This document shows, one piece after another, positions 24,088 to 35,111 of a stretch of 64,000 bases of DNA; within the stretch, counting starts at the first letter, position 1; each line of letters opens with the position of its first letter. A program made the translations under genes and the position numbers. Under the pieces are notes generated by a model. It was not told the DNA's origin. It ran no database searches and saw only the letters and a program-made list of their open reading frames with translations. Origin of the DNA: an uncultured bacterium. Its GTDB lineage: Bacteria; Verrucomicrobiota; Verrucomicrobiia; Verrucomicrobiales; DEV007. The DNA is taken from the NCBI GenBank assembly GCA_963977015.1, contig CAXBMO010000026.1, positions 1 to 64,000 of the forward strand, written 5' to 3'.

Positions 24088-27000
24088 TCAGAGCTTCTTC
24101 ACCCATTCCAGCGCTTCCAATAGCCGGTCCTTGGGTTTTCTCGACTTCAGCCTTGGGTATTTGCCATCGACTTGAATTCCGTGCCCCTTTCGCGTCAGGA
24201 TCAGCTTGTCGCCCTTGATCTCGCAGGTGCCGACGTGCTTCTGAGCCAGGCGCATTTTCAGCTCGGTGCATCGAAACAGGTTATCGACCTCTTCCGGGCG
24301 CTTCCCAAAGCGATCCTCCCAATTCTTGATCATTCCGTTCAATTGCTTGAGCGAGGAAATTTCCGCCAGTTTGCGATAACTCGTGATGCGGTGACGCGGT
24401 TCCTCCATGTATTCGGCCGGGATAAACGCCGGCAATAGGCCGGATCCGTGTTGGTCGAACTCCGCCTCGTTCATGCTCACAAAGTCCAGGTTCATCGCGA
24501 CATCCACCGTCCGGGTTACGCGTTCCCCTTTCAGCTTCGCGATGCTTTGTTTGAGCAGGCGACAATAGAGATCGAATCCGACTGCGGCGATGTGGCCGCT
24601 CTGCTGCAGGCCGAGCAGGTTTCCCGCTCCCCGAATCTCCAGGTCGCGCATCGCAATCTTGAACCCGGATCCCAGGGCCGTGTATTGCTTGATTGCGTTG
24701 ATGCGTCGCCGCGCGTCACCCGCCGTCATCATGTCGCGTGGAATCATCAGGATCGCGTAGGCCTTTTCTCCGGCTCGACCAACGCGCCCGCGCAACTGAT
24801 ACAAATCCGCCAACCCAAACCGGTCCGCCCGATCGATGATGATGGTGTTCGCGTTCGGAATGTCGATCCCGCTCTCAATGATCGTCGTCGAAACCAGCAC
24901 GTCGAAATCGCCGCGAATAAAGCGATTCATGACGTCCTCAAGTTGATGCTCGTCCATTTGGCCGTGTCCGATCTCAACGCGGGCGTTCGGTGCCAGTTTC
25001 TCGATCTTCTCCTTGAACTTGCCGATCGTTTTCACGCGGTTGTGGAGAAAGAACACCTGGCCCTGGCGCTTCAGTTCGCGCTCAATCGCCATCTTCATGA
25101 CGCGTTCGTCATAGGGAACGATGGACGTAGCCACCGGGATCCGGTTCGCCGGCGGCGTATCAATCGTCGACATGTCCTTCACCCCCATCAGGGAGAGATA
25201 CAGCGTTCGCGGAATGGGTGTGGCCGAGAGGGTCAGCACATCCACCAGCTTAAACACCTCCTTAAAACGCTCCTTGTGGCGCACGCCAAAGCGTTGCTCC
25301 TCATCGATCACGACCAACCCCAGTTTCTTGAACGCCACATCTTTGGAGATCAGCCGGTGCGTCCCAATCACGATGTCCACGCTTCCCGCTGCCACACCCA
25401 CAATCGTCTTGCGCTGTTGGCCCGCCGTCCGGTAACGGCTCAGGAGATCGATCGTGATGGGATAGTCGGACATCCGCTCGCGAAAATTCTGGTAGTGCTG
25501 CTGTGCCAAAACCGTCGTCGGCACCAATACCGCCACCTGCCGTCCGCTCATCACCGCCTTGAACGCGGTGCGAATCGCAACCTCCGTCTTCCCGAATCCC
25601 ACGTCTCCGCAAAGCAGCCGATCCATCGGTTGATCGCTTTCCATGTCGCGCTTCGCCTGCTCAATCGCCGTAAGCTGATCCGGCGTCTCCTTGTAAAGAA
25701 AGGAGTTCTCGAACTCCCACTGCCACTTGGTGTCGGGCGAATGATTGTAGGCTTTTTCTGTGTCGCGCTCTGCCTGGACCTTGAGCAACTGCGCTGCGTA
25801 TTCCAGGATCGACTCCTCCGTCTTGGCGCGCGTCTTGCTCCAGCGCGTGCTGCCCAACTTGTTGAGCGGAGGTGCCTTCCTGCCCACCCCCACATAACGC
25901 GAAACCTGATGCGCGTGATCCATCGGCACGTAGAGCTTCGCTTTCTCCGCGTATTCGATGATCAACACCTCCTCGCCGTCCTTCTTCCCGATCTCGATAA
26001 ACCGTCCGATGCCGTGATCCTGGTGAACCACCAGATCGTCCTCCTCAAACTTCCGCAACTCCGCGTCGGAAGACTTGCGCTGCTTGATCCGCTTGTTCGC
26101 GATGCGGCGTGCGCGCAGGTTCTGGTAACGGCCGAAGATCTCCGCATCGGCCAAAATCGCCAGTTTCGCACCGGGAATCGTGAATCCGCGTCCCAGTTGA
26201 CCTCGGTAGGGTTGGATCTGGCCCGACTCGATGTAATCCAGGTCGACGAGCTCGGCAAAGCGCTCCAACTCTCCTTCGGTGTTGAAGAACATTGCGACTT
26301 GCCAGCCCTCGTCGCGCCACTCGTTCATCTGACCAAGGAACTGAGCCCGTTTCGCCTCCTGCAAAATGAAGTCGCCCGCTCCAAATGAGCCGAGCGGATT
26401 GTCGAAACAGGCGAGACCCGATTCCTCCTCCCCAAACGCCGTAATCACCACATCGCGATCAGAGATCCGCGTCTCCGGCTTGCACTCCACCGCGACAAAA
26501 AGATCGCCCGGTTGAATGTAGTCCCGCAGCTGGCAGTGCCCCTGCTTCTGCGACGCGCTCAGCAGGATCGTCGCGGAATCAACGCGCCGGATCGACGTCT
26601 GCTCGTCCACGTCAAACTCGCGAAGCGACTCCACTTCATCGTCAAACAGCTCGATCCGAATCGGCTCCGTGTTCTGCCACGAGAACACATCCACAATCCC
26701 GCCGCGAATCGCATACTGGCCGCGTTGAAAAACCTGGGTGCCGCGCTCGTAACCGGCCTTGTCGAGTTGCTTTGTCAGGTTCGTCAAATCCAGCCGCTCA
26801 CCCACGGTCACCTTGATTTGGTCGGACTTCAGCCCCTTGGGCGTTGGCACCGTGTCATCCAGGCTCTCCTCACAAATGATGACGACCAGTGGTTGTGCCG
26901 GATCGCCCTCCTGACCGGCGTCATGCAGAATCGCGAGTCGTTCCGCGCCGATGTCCGGATCCGGTAGCGCGTCCTCAAAACCCGAGAACTCCACCTCGGG

Positions 27001-27297
27001 GAAAAAACGCCCTTGGATTCCCCAAATCGCCAAATCGTGATGCAAATGCTCCTGCGCCTTGATGTGCGGACAACACACCCAAATCCGCGGGGCCTTACTC
27101 TGACCAATCGCCAAGGCCGCGACAAACGGCTGCGCCGGCTCCGCAATATGTTCGATCCGACCGAGCGTTTTCGGCAAAAGCTTCCCGCTGGAAACCGCGA
27201 CGAGCAGTTCCCGTGGATCGCAAAACGTTGCATCAGTCAGGCTGGGTAACGCTCCAGACATGGGTGGCAGAAAGAAGGGGCCACCATAGGTCGGCAT
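24088..27297 (-). CDS. mfd: Transcription-repair coupling factor
   Basis: RGGIVDVF, VVHQDHGIG, DRLLCGDVGFGKTEVA, IDEEQRFGV, LSATPIPRTL, QLRGRVGR, DLEIRGAGNLLG; start could be 27261. Confidence 0.96.
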   Translation of the reverse strand: MPTYGGPFFLPPMSGALPSLTDATFCDPRELLVAVSSGKLLPKTLGRIEHIAEPAQPFVAALAIGQSKAPRIWVCCPHIKAQEHLHHDLAIWGIQGRFFPEVEFSGFEDALPDPDIGAERLAILHDAGQEGDPAQPLVVIICEESLDDTVPTPKGLKSDQIKVTVGERLDLTNLTKQLDKAGYERGTQVFQRGQYAIRGGIVDVFSWQNTEPIRIELFDDEVESLREFDVDEQTSIRRVDSATILLSASQKQGHCQLRDYIQPGDLFVAVECKPETRISDRDVVITAFGEEESGLACFDNPLGSFGAGDFILQEAKRAQFLGQMNEWRDEGWQVAMFFNTEGELERFAELVDLDYIESGQIQPYRGQLGRGFTIPGAKLAILADAEIFGRYQNLRARRIANKRIKQRKSSDAELRKFEEDDLVVHQDHGIGRFIEIGKKDGEEVLIIEYAEKAKLYVPMDHAHQVSRYVGVGRKAPPLNKLGSTRWSKTRAKTEESILEYAAQLLKVQAERDTEKAYNHSPDTKWQWEFENSFLYKETPDQLTAIEQAKRDMESDQPMDRLLCGDVGFGKTEVAIRTAFKAVMSGRQVAVLVPTTVLAQQHYQNFRERMSDYPITIDLLSRYRTAGQQRKTIVGVAAGSVDIVIGTHRLISKDVAFKKLGLVVIDEEQRFGVRHKERFKEVFKLVDVLTLSATPIPRTLYLSLMGVKDMSTIDTPPANRIPVATSIVPYDERVMKMAIERELKRQGQVFFLHNRVKTIGKFKEKIEKLAPNARVEIGHGQMDEHQLEDVMNRFIRGDFDVLVSTTIIESGIDIPNANTIIIDRADRFGLADLYQLRGRVGRAGEKAYAILMIPRDMMTAGDARRRINAIKQYTALGSGFKIAMRDLEIRGAGNLLGLQQSGHIAAVGFDLYCRLLKQSIAKLKGERVTRTVDVAMNLDFVSMNEAEFDQHGSGLLPAFIPAEYMEEPRHRITSYRKLAEISSLKQLNGMIKNWEDRFGKRPEEVDNLFRCTELKMRLAQKHVGTCEIKGDKLILTRKGHGIQVDGKYPRLKSRKPKDRLLEALEWVKKL

Positions 27298-27356
27298 GGC
27301 AGAACTTCAACACCGCCTTGCGGGCCACTTCACCACACGTCTTTCCGCCTTCATCC

Positions 27357-28835
27357 TTACAACTCCGGTGGAGCCTCACCCGTCTTTGCGTTGGGGCGCA
27401 GCATCTTGGCCCCTACCTCCTGGCGCCAGGTTTGCAGCTTCTTGCGCATCTCCTCCACCTTCTCCGGATACAATTGCTCCAGGTTGTTGTGCTCTTCCGG
27501 GTCATCCAGCAGGCTGTATAACTCCACATCGCCTGTCTCCAGATCTTCAATCAACTTGAACTCTCCCATTCGCACCGCGCTCGCCGGTAGCCCGCCCTGG
27601 TTCGAATAATGGGGGTAATGCCAATAGATCGCTTCCCGCTCCAGAGTCGCCTCGGGATCGCGCAAGAGCTTCGCAAAGCTGACCCCGTCCACATGCTGCT
27701 CGGGTTTGGCCGGTAATCCTGCCATCTCCAGAATCGTCGGATAAAAATCCGTGCTCACAATCGGTGTCGAGTTCCGCGTTGCCGGCTTCGTCACCCCAGG
27801 CCATTTCACGAACACCGGCTCCCGCAGCCCGCCCTCATACATCCAGCCTTTCCCGCCCCGATACGGCAGGTTCGAAGTCGGGCTTCCCTCGGATGTCGAC
27901 AATCCACCGTTGTCCGACATGAAAAAGATCGCCGTGTTCTCGCTCAGTCCCAACGCCTCCAGCTTTGCCGCCACTTTTCCCACTGCCCGATCCATCGACT
28001 CAATCATCGCCGCGTAAACGGCGTGGTCCTGCAACACGCGAACCCGGCGGGCGGTCTTGGTATCCGGCCAGACCTGAGGCAGGCGTGTATCGCTAAAGCG
28101 AACGGAATCCTCCAGCTGCGCATACCCCATCGTCTCCGCCTTCTTCTTATATTTCTCCACCAGCTCCTTTGGTGCCTGGAGCGGAGTATGCACATTATAG
28201 AACGATAGATAGAGCAAGAACGGATCGTCCTTCACCGAATCCAGAAACCCGGTGCACTCTTCCGCCAGCCGATCTGTCAGATACTCGCCCGGCTTCCGAG
28301 GTTCCAGGTTTGTCACATTCTTATACGGTTCAAAATAGCTGCGGGGCAGGCCATTCGACCCGCCGCCAAAGTTGTGATCAAACCCCTGATCCTGCGGCCA
28401 AAAACCTTCCGGCCCCAAATGCCACTTTCCGGCGAAACACGTCGCGTATCCCGCTTCCTTCATCGCCTCCGCGAGCGTCACCTCCTCCAGCGCCATCCGG
28501 TCGACAAACTCCGCCGGCTCGAACCGGCCCGCCCGCTTTCCACTGAAGAAATTCGTCGCATCCATCCGCGCCGGATACTTTCCGCACAGGATGCTCGCCC
28601 GGGTTGGGCTACAGACCTGACTCGCCGCATACGCCTCCGTCAGCACGGTTCCCTCCGCCGCGAGGCGATCGCAGTTCGGGGTTTCGTAAAACGACTCGGG
28701 ATTGTTGAACCCCATGTCCATGTAGCCGAGGTCATCGACCAGGAAGAACACAAAATTCAGCTTCTCCGCCGCGTGGGAAGTCCACATCAATCCGAACGCG
28801 AGTGCGCACGTCAAAAGGGATTTTGAAAGAGTCAT
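27357..28835 (-). CDS. Secreted S1 sulfatase
   Basis: LVDDLG, CSPTRASILCG (FGly motif), GKWHLG, SDNGG, GKGWMYEGG; signal peptide from ATG 28835. Confidence 0.95.
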   Translation of the reverse strand: MTLSKSLLTCALAFGLMWTSHAAEKLNFVFFLVDDLGYMDMGFNNPESFYETPNCDRLAAEGTVLTEAYAASQVCSPTRASILCGKYPARMDATNFFSGKRAGRFEPAEFVDRMALEEVTLAEAMKEAGYATCFAGKWHLGPEGFWPQDQGFDHNFGGGSNGLPRSYFEPYKNVTNLEPRKPGEYLTDRLAEECTGFLDSVKDDPFLLYLSFYNVHTPLQAPKELVEKYKKKAETMGYAQLEDSVRFSDTRLPQVWPDTKTARRVRVLQDHAVYAAMIESMDRAVGKVAAKLEALGLSENTAIFFMSDNGGLSTSEGSPTSNLPYRGGKGWMYEGGLREPVFVKWPGVTKPATRNSTPIVSTDFYPTILEMAGLPAKPEQHVDGVSFAKLLRDPEATLEREAIYWHYPHYSNQGGLPASAVRMGEFKLIEDLETGDVELYSLLDDPEEHNNLEQLYPEKVEEMRKKLQTWRQEVGAKMLRPNAKTGEAPPEL

Positions 28836-28974
28836 TGCCGGGAATGATGAAACGCTGAGCGTCCGCAAGCAAGCGTTTCTCGGAGAATCACTGCACCTCC
28901 GGACGCGGCATCATTGCGGCGAAGGTTAGTGTCGTTGCGCTGTGGGAATGGCACTGCCGTTGAGCGCTTGGCTT

Positions 28975-29700
28975 TTACGTTTCGTGGGGGGCGGTTTTTT
29001 GCCTTGTTTCCCTGATGATCCTGGCTTCTCGCTCACGGGCAATGGTTCGGGCCAACGCGAGGAGATCCGGTTCGGCGACGTCAATAAACAAGTCCAGGGT
29101 TCGCAAGGCTTTTACGATGTCTTCATGTTGGATTTCCCTGCCAAAGGGATGGGGTTTCAAGGGGCGGCGACCTTTTGCCAGTCCAACCGGGTATCTCCGC
29201 CAGGCAAAGGGGAGATTGAAGACCACGGCAATTCCGACCATGATCAGCGCATTGGCCATGACGGGGCAGAGGACGAAGGCAAGCCCCATTTCCTGGATCG
29301 CTTGACCGCCCAGAACCGCGGTTAACGCCGTGGCGCCTCCAGGTGGATGGATGCACTTGAGCTGATGCATGGCCCCGATGGAAAGCCCAACGGCACATCC
29401 TGCCGCGAGCCAGGTGTCGCCGAGGTGGTGGGAGCAGAGCACCCCAATCGTGGCGGAAATTCCATGCCCGGCCAATACCGGCCACGGCTGAGACAACTGG
29501 CCGTGTGGCACTGCAAACAAGAGGACCGCGCTGGCCCCCATCGACGCAATGATGAGCGTCGCATCAACCGGGCCAACGGCTTGGCGGGTAATCCAAACCA
29601 AGATACTGATCGAAAGGACTCCTCCAACCAGGGAGACGAGCTTCTCTTTGTGGGAAACGGGGCTTAGCTCAATACCGATGAGCGAGAGGAGGGCCTTCAT
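28975..29700 (-). CDS. HPP family membrane protein
   Basis: ASMGASAVLLFAVP, SQPW, CIHPPGGATAL. Confidence 0.9.
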   Translation of the reverse strand: MKALLSLIGIELSPVSHKEKLVSLVGGVLSISILVWITRQAVGPVDATLIIASMGASAVLLFAVPHGQLSQPWPVLAGHGISATIGVLCSHHLGDTWLAAGCAVGLSIGAMHQLKCIHPPGGATALTAVLGGQAIQEMGLAFVLCPVMANALIMVGIAVVFNLPFAWRRYPVGLAKGRRPLKPHPFGREIQHEDIVKALRTLDLFIDVAEPDLLALARTIAREREARIIRETRQKTAPHET

Positions 29701-29817
29701 GAAAGGGGCGTTTCGTGAGCGTCTCAAATCACCCGGCCTGGAGCGAAGGGCGAGCTTGAAGGGAAGGTTGGGGTTCAGCTTCCGAAGTTTGGGGCTAAGC
29801 AAACTCCGACGGAAATG

Positions 29818-30642
29818 CTACTTTGGCAGGGACTCGATCTCCGCGGCTGTCAATGCCCGGTCATAAACCGCAAGACCGCCAAGATTTGCCCCGAGAAAGT
29901 TGCCCGGCTTCCCGCCGACATTCACTGAGCCAACCGTGAAATCCGCGCCATTCTCTCCTCCGTTGAACAAGCCTTCGGGATACGGGAATGGATTCATCCC
30001 TTCCGCCTCACTCAACTGACCATTGAGATACAACCGCACTTCCTTGCCATCGTAGGTCATCGCGAGCGATTGCCATCCTTCCATGGGAACGGTTTGCCCC
30101 GACGACGCGTAGGTGATGCAAAACTCGTTGCCCGGAGTGCCGCCACCCACGGATGAAACATGGCCCTGAAACCGGTTTTTCGACGGGATCCGTTTCATCG
30201 TCCTGAAGTCGGTCTGTTTGGCCGCGTTCAGAAAAAGGCAATACTGTCGTTTTTTGCGCGACTCATCCCAAACTCCCGCCACCGCCTGCCAATGGCTGGT
30301 CTTGTTTCGCTTGATCCACGCGACCACCGTTACCTGCGCATCCTGACCGTGAATATCCAGGGGACCGATGTTCTTCCGTGGGATGGTCAGCCATTGTCCC
30401 TGGTTGATTTTGATGGCCGAGCCGAACGGGCCGCCTTCAAGTGCCTTGATCGGGCCGTTGCGCTCCAGGAGTTCGAGCGTCGGGTTTACCAGCGAGGCTT
30501 TGGGCTCGCCCTCCGCATCTCCGAACGTCCAGAACGCCACCAGGTTGGGAATCGCCTTTACCTGTTGGACGGATTGCTCCGGCGCAGCGGAGAGAGGGGT
30601 GGCCAGGAACAGGCAGAAGAGAAATAGGAAAGGGGCTTTCAT
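29818..30642 (-). CDS. Secreted LamG/concanavalin A-like domain protein
   Basis: Signal peptide, [41 protein letters not shown]. Confidence 0.8.
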   Translation of the reverse strand: MKAPFLFLFCLFLATPLSAAPEQSVQQVKAIPNLVAFWTFGDAEGEPKASLVNPTLELLERNGPIKALEGGPFGSAIKINQGQWLTIPRKNIGPLDIHGQDAQVTVVAWIKRNKTSHWQAVAGVWDESRKKRQYCLFLNAAKQTDFRTMKRIPSKNRFQGHVSSVGGGTPGNEFCITYASSGQTVPMEGWQSLAMTYDGKEVRLYLNGQLSEAEGMNPFPYPEGLFNGGENGADFTVGSVNVGGKPGNFLGANLGGLAVYDRALTAAEIESLPK

Positions 30643-30781
30643 GGGATTTTCGAAGGGCCGACGATAGGCACCTTCCTCAAAAAATGCCAATTCGAATTGC
30701 GGGCGGGTTTCTGGCTCCGGCGGAACAGCGCAAGCCAACCACGATCCTTTTTGGTTTGTCCGTTGGTTGACGACCGATGGA

Positions 30782-31465
30782 TCACTCGGAGGTATCGACC
30801 TCTTCCGGGATTTTGGTCAATCGTTCCACGTTTTTGATTTCAGATACGTACCAGGGCTCGCCGGACTTGCGGCGATAGCCAACACAGCGTGTCGGTAACC
30901 GAAAGCCATCGAATTGCTCCGGTTTGCTGAACCGGCAAATTTCGTCGTCCCAGTCCATGCGGACGAGCAACATCGTCTTGTGGTCGAAGTATAGATCCAT
31001 GGCAGGCTCGACCGGGCCAGTAACCCTCAATCCAACCATTTCCATTTTCGTCTCGGGATCTACGAGGTCAGCAAGCGGTTGAATCTTGGCTTCCGGATCA
31101 TTGAGGACCGCCAGGGTCCATCCATACGCGAGCCATTTGGCGGGTTCTTTGCCTCGCTCGGTCCATTCCCCTTTCTTATTCAGCCACCACAGATGAGGAG
31201 CCCGGATGTAACTGATCCGAGGTCGGCGATTCTCGTCGAAAGGTTGAAAGAGCTTCTCCTGATCGCGGGTTACTTTCAGGAGTTCAGTCAATCGGTATTG
31301 AGTAAAGAGCTTGTCTTTTCCTCCGGCGGCAGTGAGAACTTTGGATGCGAGGTCAGGAGATTCAGATTCCTGGCCAAAGGATAAAGGTGCCGCCAACGCC
31401 AGTGTCGCAAGCGGCAGTAGAATGAAGCGAAAGATCATGGGCTTGAGGAGGTTGGTCGCGGTCAT
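30782..31465 (-). CDS. Secreted hypothetical protein
   Basis: Signal peptide, [14 protein letters not shown] beta-rich pattern (possibly LolA-like fold). Confidence 0.6.
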   Translation of the reverse strand: MTATNLLKPMIFRFILLPLATLALAAPLSFGQESESPDLASKVLTAAGGKDKLFTQYRLTELLKVTRDQEKLFQPFDENRRPRISYIRAPHLWWLNKKGEWTERGKEPAKWLAYGWTLAVLNDPEAKIQPLADLVDPETKMEMVGLRVTGPVEPAMDLYFDHKTMLLVRMDWDDEICRFSKPEQFDGFRLPTRCVGYRRKSGEPWYVSEIKNVERLTKIPEEVDTSE

Positions 31466-31995
31466 TACCAAAGTTCTGGTTGATTGAGAGGGGTCACACA
31501 AGTGATGGATACAGGCGTGCGGAGGGGGCTGTTGTTGCCAAGGTCAATGCCTTGCCAGCCGGCCGGATATTTGAGTTCGAAGGGTGGAATGAAGTTCTCT
31601 GCCACCGCGGTGCGGAAGCCAAACCGAGCGTAATAATCCGGATCGCCATAGACCAAAATGATGTTGGTGTCGTCCTGGGCGGATTCCTTGATCCCGAACT
31701 CCACCAGTTGCTTTCCGACTCCCCTTTTTTGGCTTTGTGGATTGACCGCGAGCGGCGCCAGCAACCAGCCGGCCAGACGTTCATCCTCTTTCGTGAAAAC
31801 GGGGGAAAATGCGACGTGCCCCACCAAACCGTCGCCATCGTCAGCCACGAGATGGATGATCTGAGGACTGGTTTGTTCTTGCAACAGGTTGCCGACGAGA
31901 GCCGAGACCAACTCACGCTCACCAGCTTCGAAAGCTTGATGGTGGATCTGCCGGATGGACTCTTCGTCAGATGGCCTCGCGATTCGGATCTTCAT
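31465..31995 (-). CDS. GNAT N-acetyltransferase (YhbS-like)
   Basis: VGHVAFSPV, LAPLAV.PQSQKRGVG, VYGDPDYYARFGF. Confidence 0.9.
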   Translation of the reverse strand: MKIRIARPSDEESIRQIHHQAFEAGERELVSALVGNLLQEQTSPQIIHLVADDGDGLVGHVAFSPVFTKEDERLAGWLLAPLAVNPQSQKRGVGKQLVEFGIKESAQDDTNIILVYGDPDYYARFGFRTAVAENFIPPFELKYPAGWQGIDLGNNSPLRTPVSITCVTPLNQPELW

Positions 31996-32149
31996 TTCCT
32001 GCTGAATGCCCAGCCTAGCGTTCAGATTCCGGGTGGAAAGTGAAAAATCATCGCCAGCGTCGATCCCGGGTTTCCCGTGATTCAGGGGACGCCTTGGTGG
32101 GCGCGCGAGGGAGGTTTGAATTGAGGCAATCGCTGATTGCGCGCAATTT

Positions 32150-34099
32150 TCATCGCTCTGGTTCAAGGATTCCTGTCCCAACCAGGATATTGAAAACCAA
32201 AGTCGCCAATATCCACCCGACGATTGGGACCCACACGACGAGGCTGGCTTTGAGGGAAAGGTTCGCCATCCAGCCTTTGCGGGCGCCTCGTTTGGCCCTT
32301 CGTTTTGCGGGAATGGCAATGAATAGGGCCGCGAGGGACACGGGGAGTACGGCGAAGATCGCCAGTAGCAAAGAAATCAGTTTGTCCGCGATCGGCCCCA
32401 AATCGCTGGGGCTCGTGTTCTGCGCCCAAACAAAAACGAGGAGCGGGCTCATCCACACCACGAGACTGGAGACGGCCCATCGATTGGGCTGGCCCAGCAG
32501 GGGGAGGGCCGGATCTTTCCAAGGTTCGCTGCTCTTGAACGAGGCGATCTCCTGGTTGAGGCGTGTCCGGCCCCGTTGGAGCCAGGTTCCGAGGCTTGAG
32601 TTCGGAGATTCTGGCGATGGCGCACTTACACCCTCCTGATGCGCGATGTGCTGGCACAGAATTTCGATAATTTGCGGGTGGTTGAAGTAGCTGTTGTGGA
32701 TCAGCTCCGGTCCCAGCAATCCCTCCCCACTGTTGAATGCTCCCGAAAAGGTGTCCAGCCCTTTGGAATAGTTGGCCAGTGAAGTCCGTGCTGTGGAGAG
32801 AAGGTCGCTATTGCTCAATCGGCGATTCGCTGCCGCAATCAGTTCTTGGTCGACTTCCGGTGGGAGTCTCAGGTCATCTTCTTTGAGGGTGTGGGAGAAT
32901 CCGTAGGGAGCTTGGCTTACCGTCTCGATGTTGCATCCCGGCCGATCCAGACCCACGGCTTGGCGTCGCAGGATTTTCCAGATTTGGCCATCGATTTGGC
33001 GGCGGATTCGCCTGTTGTAGATAGGGCCGACGATGGTGAGTACAATATATTTGGAAAGCTGGGCGTATATATCAGATCGGAAAACCCGGCGATTGGGAAC
33101 TCGCACGGGCGCAAGCAACGGGTTTTGATCCGATTCGGCAAGCTTGACGGAAGCCTTCAACCCGTTGATCGCCTCGTCCTGATCCGACCAAATCCCGAGC
33201 CACCGGCTTCCGAATTCGATGAATGCCTGTCTTTTGGTGCGGATCTGTCGCCGAAGTTGATGCGCCTCCACTCTGCCGACATGGATCAAGCCATGAATTT
33301 GCAAGGCCACCAGCACGAGTAGAAACGTACCCAGCAGAACCCAGCGATCATCCCGCTCTCCCAGAATGGGTTTGATCAGAAAATCTTTGGCTCCATGGAG
33401 CGTCGTGGCCACTTTGGGGACCAGTTGGGTTTGCAATTCTTCCGCCACCACTCTCCACGTTACATCGTGCATTGTGGGGTCGACAAAGTTCACATAAAAG
33501 AAATTCAGGAGGATATAGAAGAAGAACAGAAACAGACTGACTGATAGCAAGGCAAAGTCGAACGCCGTCGCAATCGCGCCGGGCCATCCCGCCAGCCAGC
33601 TGGCTTTAAACTGGAAAAACGGAGTCGCCACCGTGTTCCAGGAACGCAAATGGGTCAGGCGAAGCGCCTCCTCGTTCTTTGGCGAACGCCATCTGCGATC
33701 GATCGCCTCTTGGAGGGCTGTCCAAATGATGGACCCACCGTGACTGTGCGAGACGAGGTGATACGGCTGGCGATCGTTTTCCAGTTCGATCAATTTGTCG
33801 AGCAGTGCATTGGCCGCTTGGTGTCGGCTGCGCTCGCTATTGTTGCCATCCCAGTGGAAAACGAGGGAGTCCTCAAAATAGGGGAGTTCGTTCCATTCCT
33901 TCTTCGACTTGGAGACGGTAACGCCCAGTGGAGCGAGTCGACCTTCAAATGCTTCGTAGAAATCACTACTCTCTTGCCACCAACGCGCTCCACGGTTCTC
34001 GAAGCGGGGTGCCCTGGATTCCTCGTCAAGGGTTTCGGAACTCGCAAACGTTCCGTGAATTAAGATAACGATCGGTTTCTTCGTTTCGCCTCCTTCCAT
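32150..34099 (-). CDS. Membrane-embedded alpha/beta-hydrolase-like protein
   Basis: LIHGTF, FHWDGNNS, VSHSHGG, TVATPF, DEAI, IHNSYF; four hydrophobic helices; start at ATG 34099. Confidence 0.7.
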   Translation of the reverse strand: MEGGETKKPIVILIHGTFASSETLDEESRAPRFENRGARWWQESSDFYEAFEGRLAPLGVTVSKSKKEWNELPYFEDSLVFHWDGNNSERSRHQAANALLDKLIELENDRQPYHLVSHSHGGSIIWTALQEAIDRRWRSPKNEEALRLTHLRSWNTVATPFFQFKASWLAGWPGAIATAFDFALLSVSLFLFFFYILLNFFYVNFVDPTMHDVTWRVVAEELQTQLVPKVATTLHGAKDFLIKPILGERDDRWVLLGTFLLVLVALQIHGLIHVGRVEAHQLRRQIRTKRQAFIEFGSRWLGIWSDQDEAINGLKASVKLAESDQNPLLAPVRVPNRRVFRSDIYAQLSKYIVLTIVGPIYNRRIRRQIDGQIWKILRRQAVGLDRPGCNIETVSQAPYGFSHTLKEDDLRLPPEVDQELIAAANRRLSNSDLLSTARTSLANYSKGLDTFSGAFNSGEGLLGPELIHNSYFNHPQIIEILCQHIAHQEGVSAPSPESPNSSLGTWLQRGRTRLNQEIASFKSSEPWKDPALPLLGQPNRWAVSSLVVWMSPLLVFVWAQNTSPSDLGPIADKLISLLLAIFAVLPVSLAALFIAIPAKRRAKRGARKGWMANLSLKASLVVWVPIVGWILATLVFNILVGTGILEPER

Positions 34100-34182
34100 G
34101 GGGCGAGATCTATCAGGCGGGAATCTGCCATGCAACCGAAAACTGGGTGAGCCTCGCGAGGTGTTGGCAAGGCCGCCGGAGT

Positions 34183-34707
34183 TTACGGGCTGTTCTCCGA
34201 GTCTGGTTCGCCTTGGTAGGCGCCTGCGGAGTAGGTGAGCTCGTAGCTGTGGGTATAGATCTCGAAAACCAGGCCAAACGGGTCTTCGACATAGACCATC
34301 TTGTAGGGTTTCTCGTTGGGATAGTATTCGCGAATGGGCATCCGCTGCTTTCCTCCGTGGGCCACGATTTTTTCGACCAGGTCTTCGATATTCGGGTCTT
34401 GAACGCAGAAGTGGAAGGTTCCGGTCTTCCAATACTCGAATTCCTTCGGCTTCTCATTGTTCTGGAACTCGAACAACTCGATCCCGATTTTGTCTCCGGT
34501 GGAGAGGTGGGCGATTTTGAAGGAACCCCAGCCTTCGCCGAACACATCGATGCACATCTTGCCGATCGCGGAGTCCGCCTCTTCCTTCACCACCGTGGGT
34601 TTCATGATGGTGTACCAGCCCATGACGTTTTCGTAGAACGAGACCGCCGCTTCAAGGTTCGGGACCGAGAGGCCGATGTGTGAGAATGTTTTCGGGTAGT
34701 TGTTCAT
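34183..34707 (-). CDS. VOC/glyoxalase (lactoylglutathione lyase-like) protein
   Basis: FSHIGLSVP, GIELFEF, FHFCVQDP, YVEDPFG..EIYTHSYE. Confidence 0.9.
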   Translation of the reverse strand: MNNYPKTFSHIGLSVPNLEAAVSFYENVMGWYTIMKPTVVKEEADSAIGKMCIDVFGEGWGSFKIAHLSTGDKIGIELFEFQNNEKPKEFEYWKTGTFHFCVQDPNIEDLVEKIVAHGGKQRMPIREYYPNEKPYKMVYVEDPFGLVFEIYTHSYELTYSAGAYQGEPDSENSP

Positions 34708-35111
34708 ATTTTCAGGGGGCAAACGACCGGGGTAAGCCAACGCACGCAGCGTTTGAGTTCGGTCATGGTTTCGTCCCAGCATCGGTGCAGACCAAAGCAG
34801 GATCAAGTTTCCCATCTGGGAAACGAATCCACTCCGAGACGTCGAATCGCCGGTCGAAACCTGCGGTGACGGACCGAATGTCCATCGTGCCGGTGCCGCG
34901 GTGCCGCGGGAGATTTTCGTGCAAAGGCGCGTTGCCAGACGCAGCGAATGGATTTAGGAAAACGGCGTTAGGTTGCCATCGTGAAGCACGACCGGAAAAG
35001 AGCAGTGGCAGGGCATCGGCGAGATCGCGGCGATGGGCGCGAATCCGTGTGGCCGGTCCCCTTACGGGTCACGGTCCGGTCTGTTTACCCTCACCCGCAA
35101 ATTCTTCTTCT

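Noticed and set aside
24448-26388. 646-aa plus-strand ORF, and similar long ORFs opposite sqdB, sqdX, the ABC genes and the secretin
   Set aside because: Antisense shadows of well-supported genes, caused by high-GC codon bias; no motifs.
34100-34432. N-terminal extension of the 760-aa hydrolase ORF
   Set aside because: It overlaps the glyoxalase gene in another frame; ATG 34099 sits just before the first hydrolase strand.
34680-35111. N-terminal extension of the LRR ORF
   Set aside because: It overlaps the divergent glyoxalase start and is Arg/Pro-rich without structure; ATG 35112 is the more plausible start.
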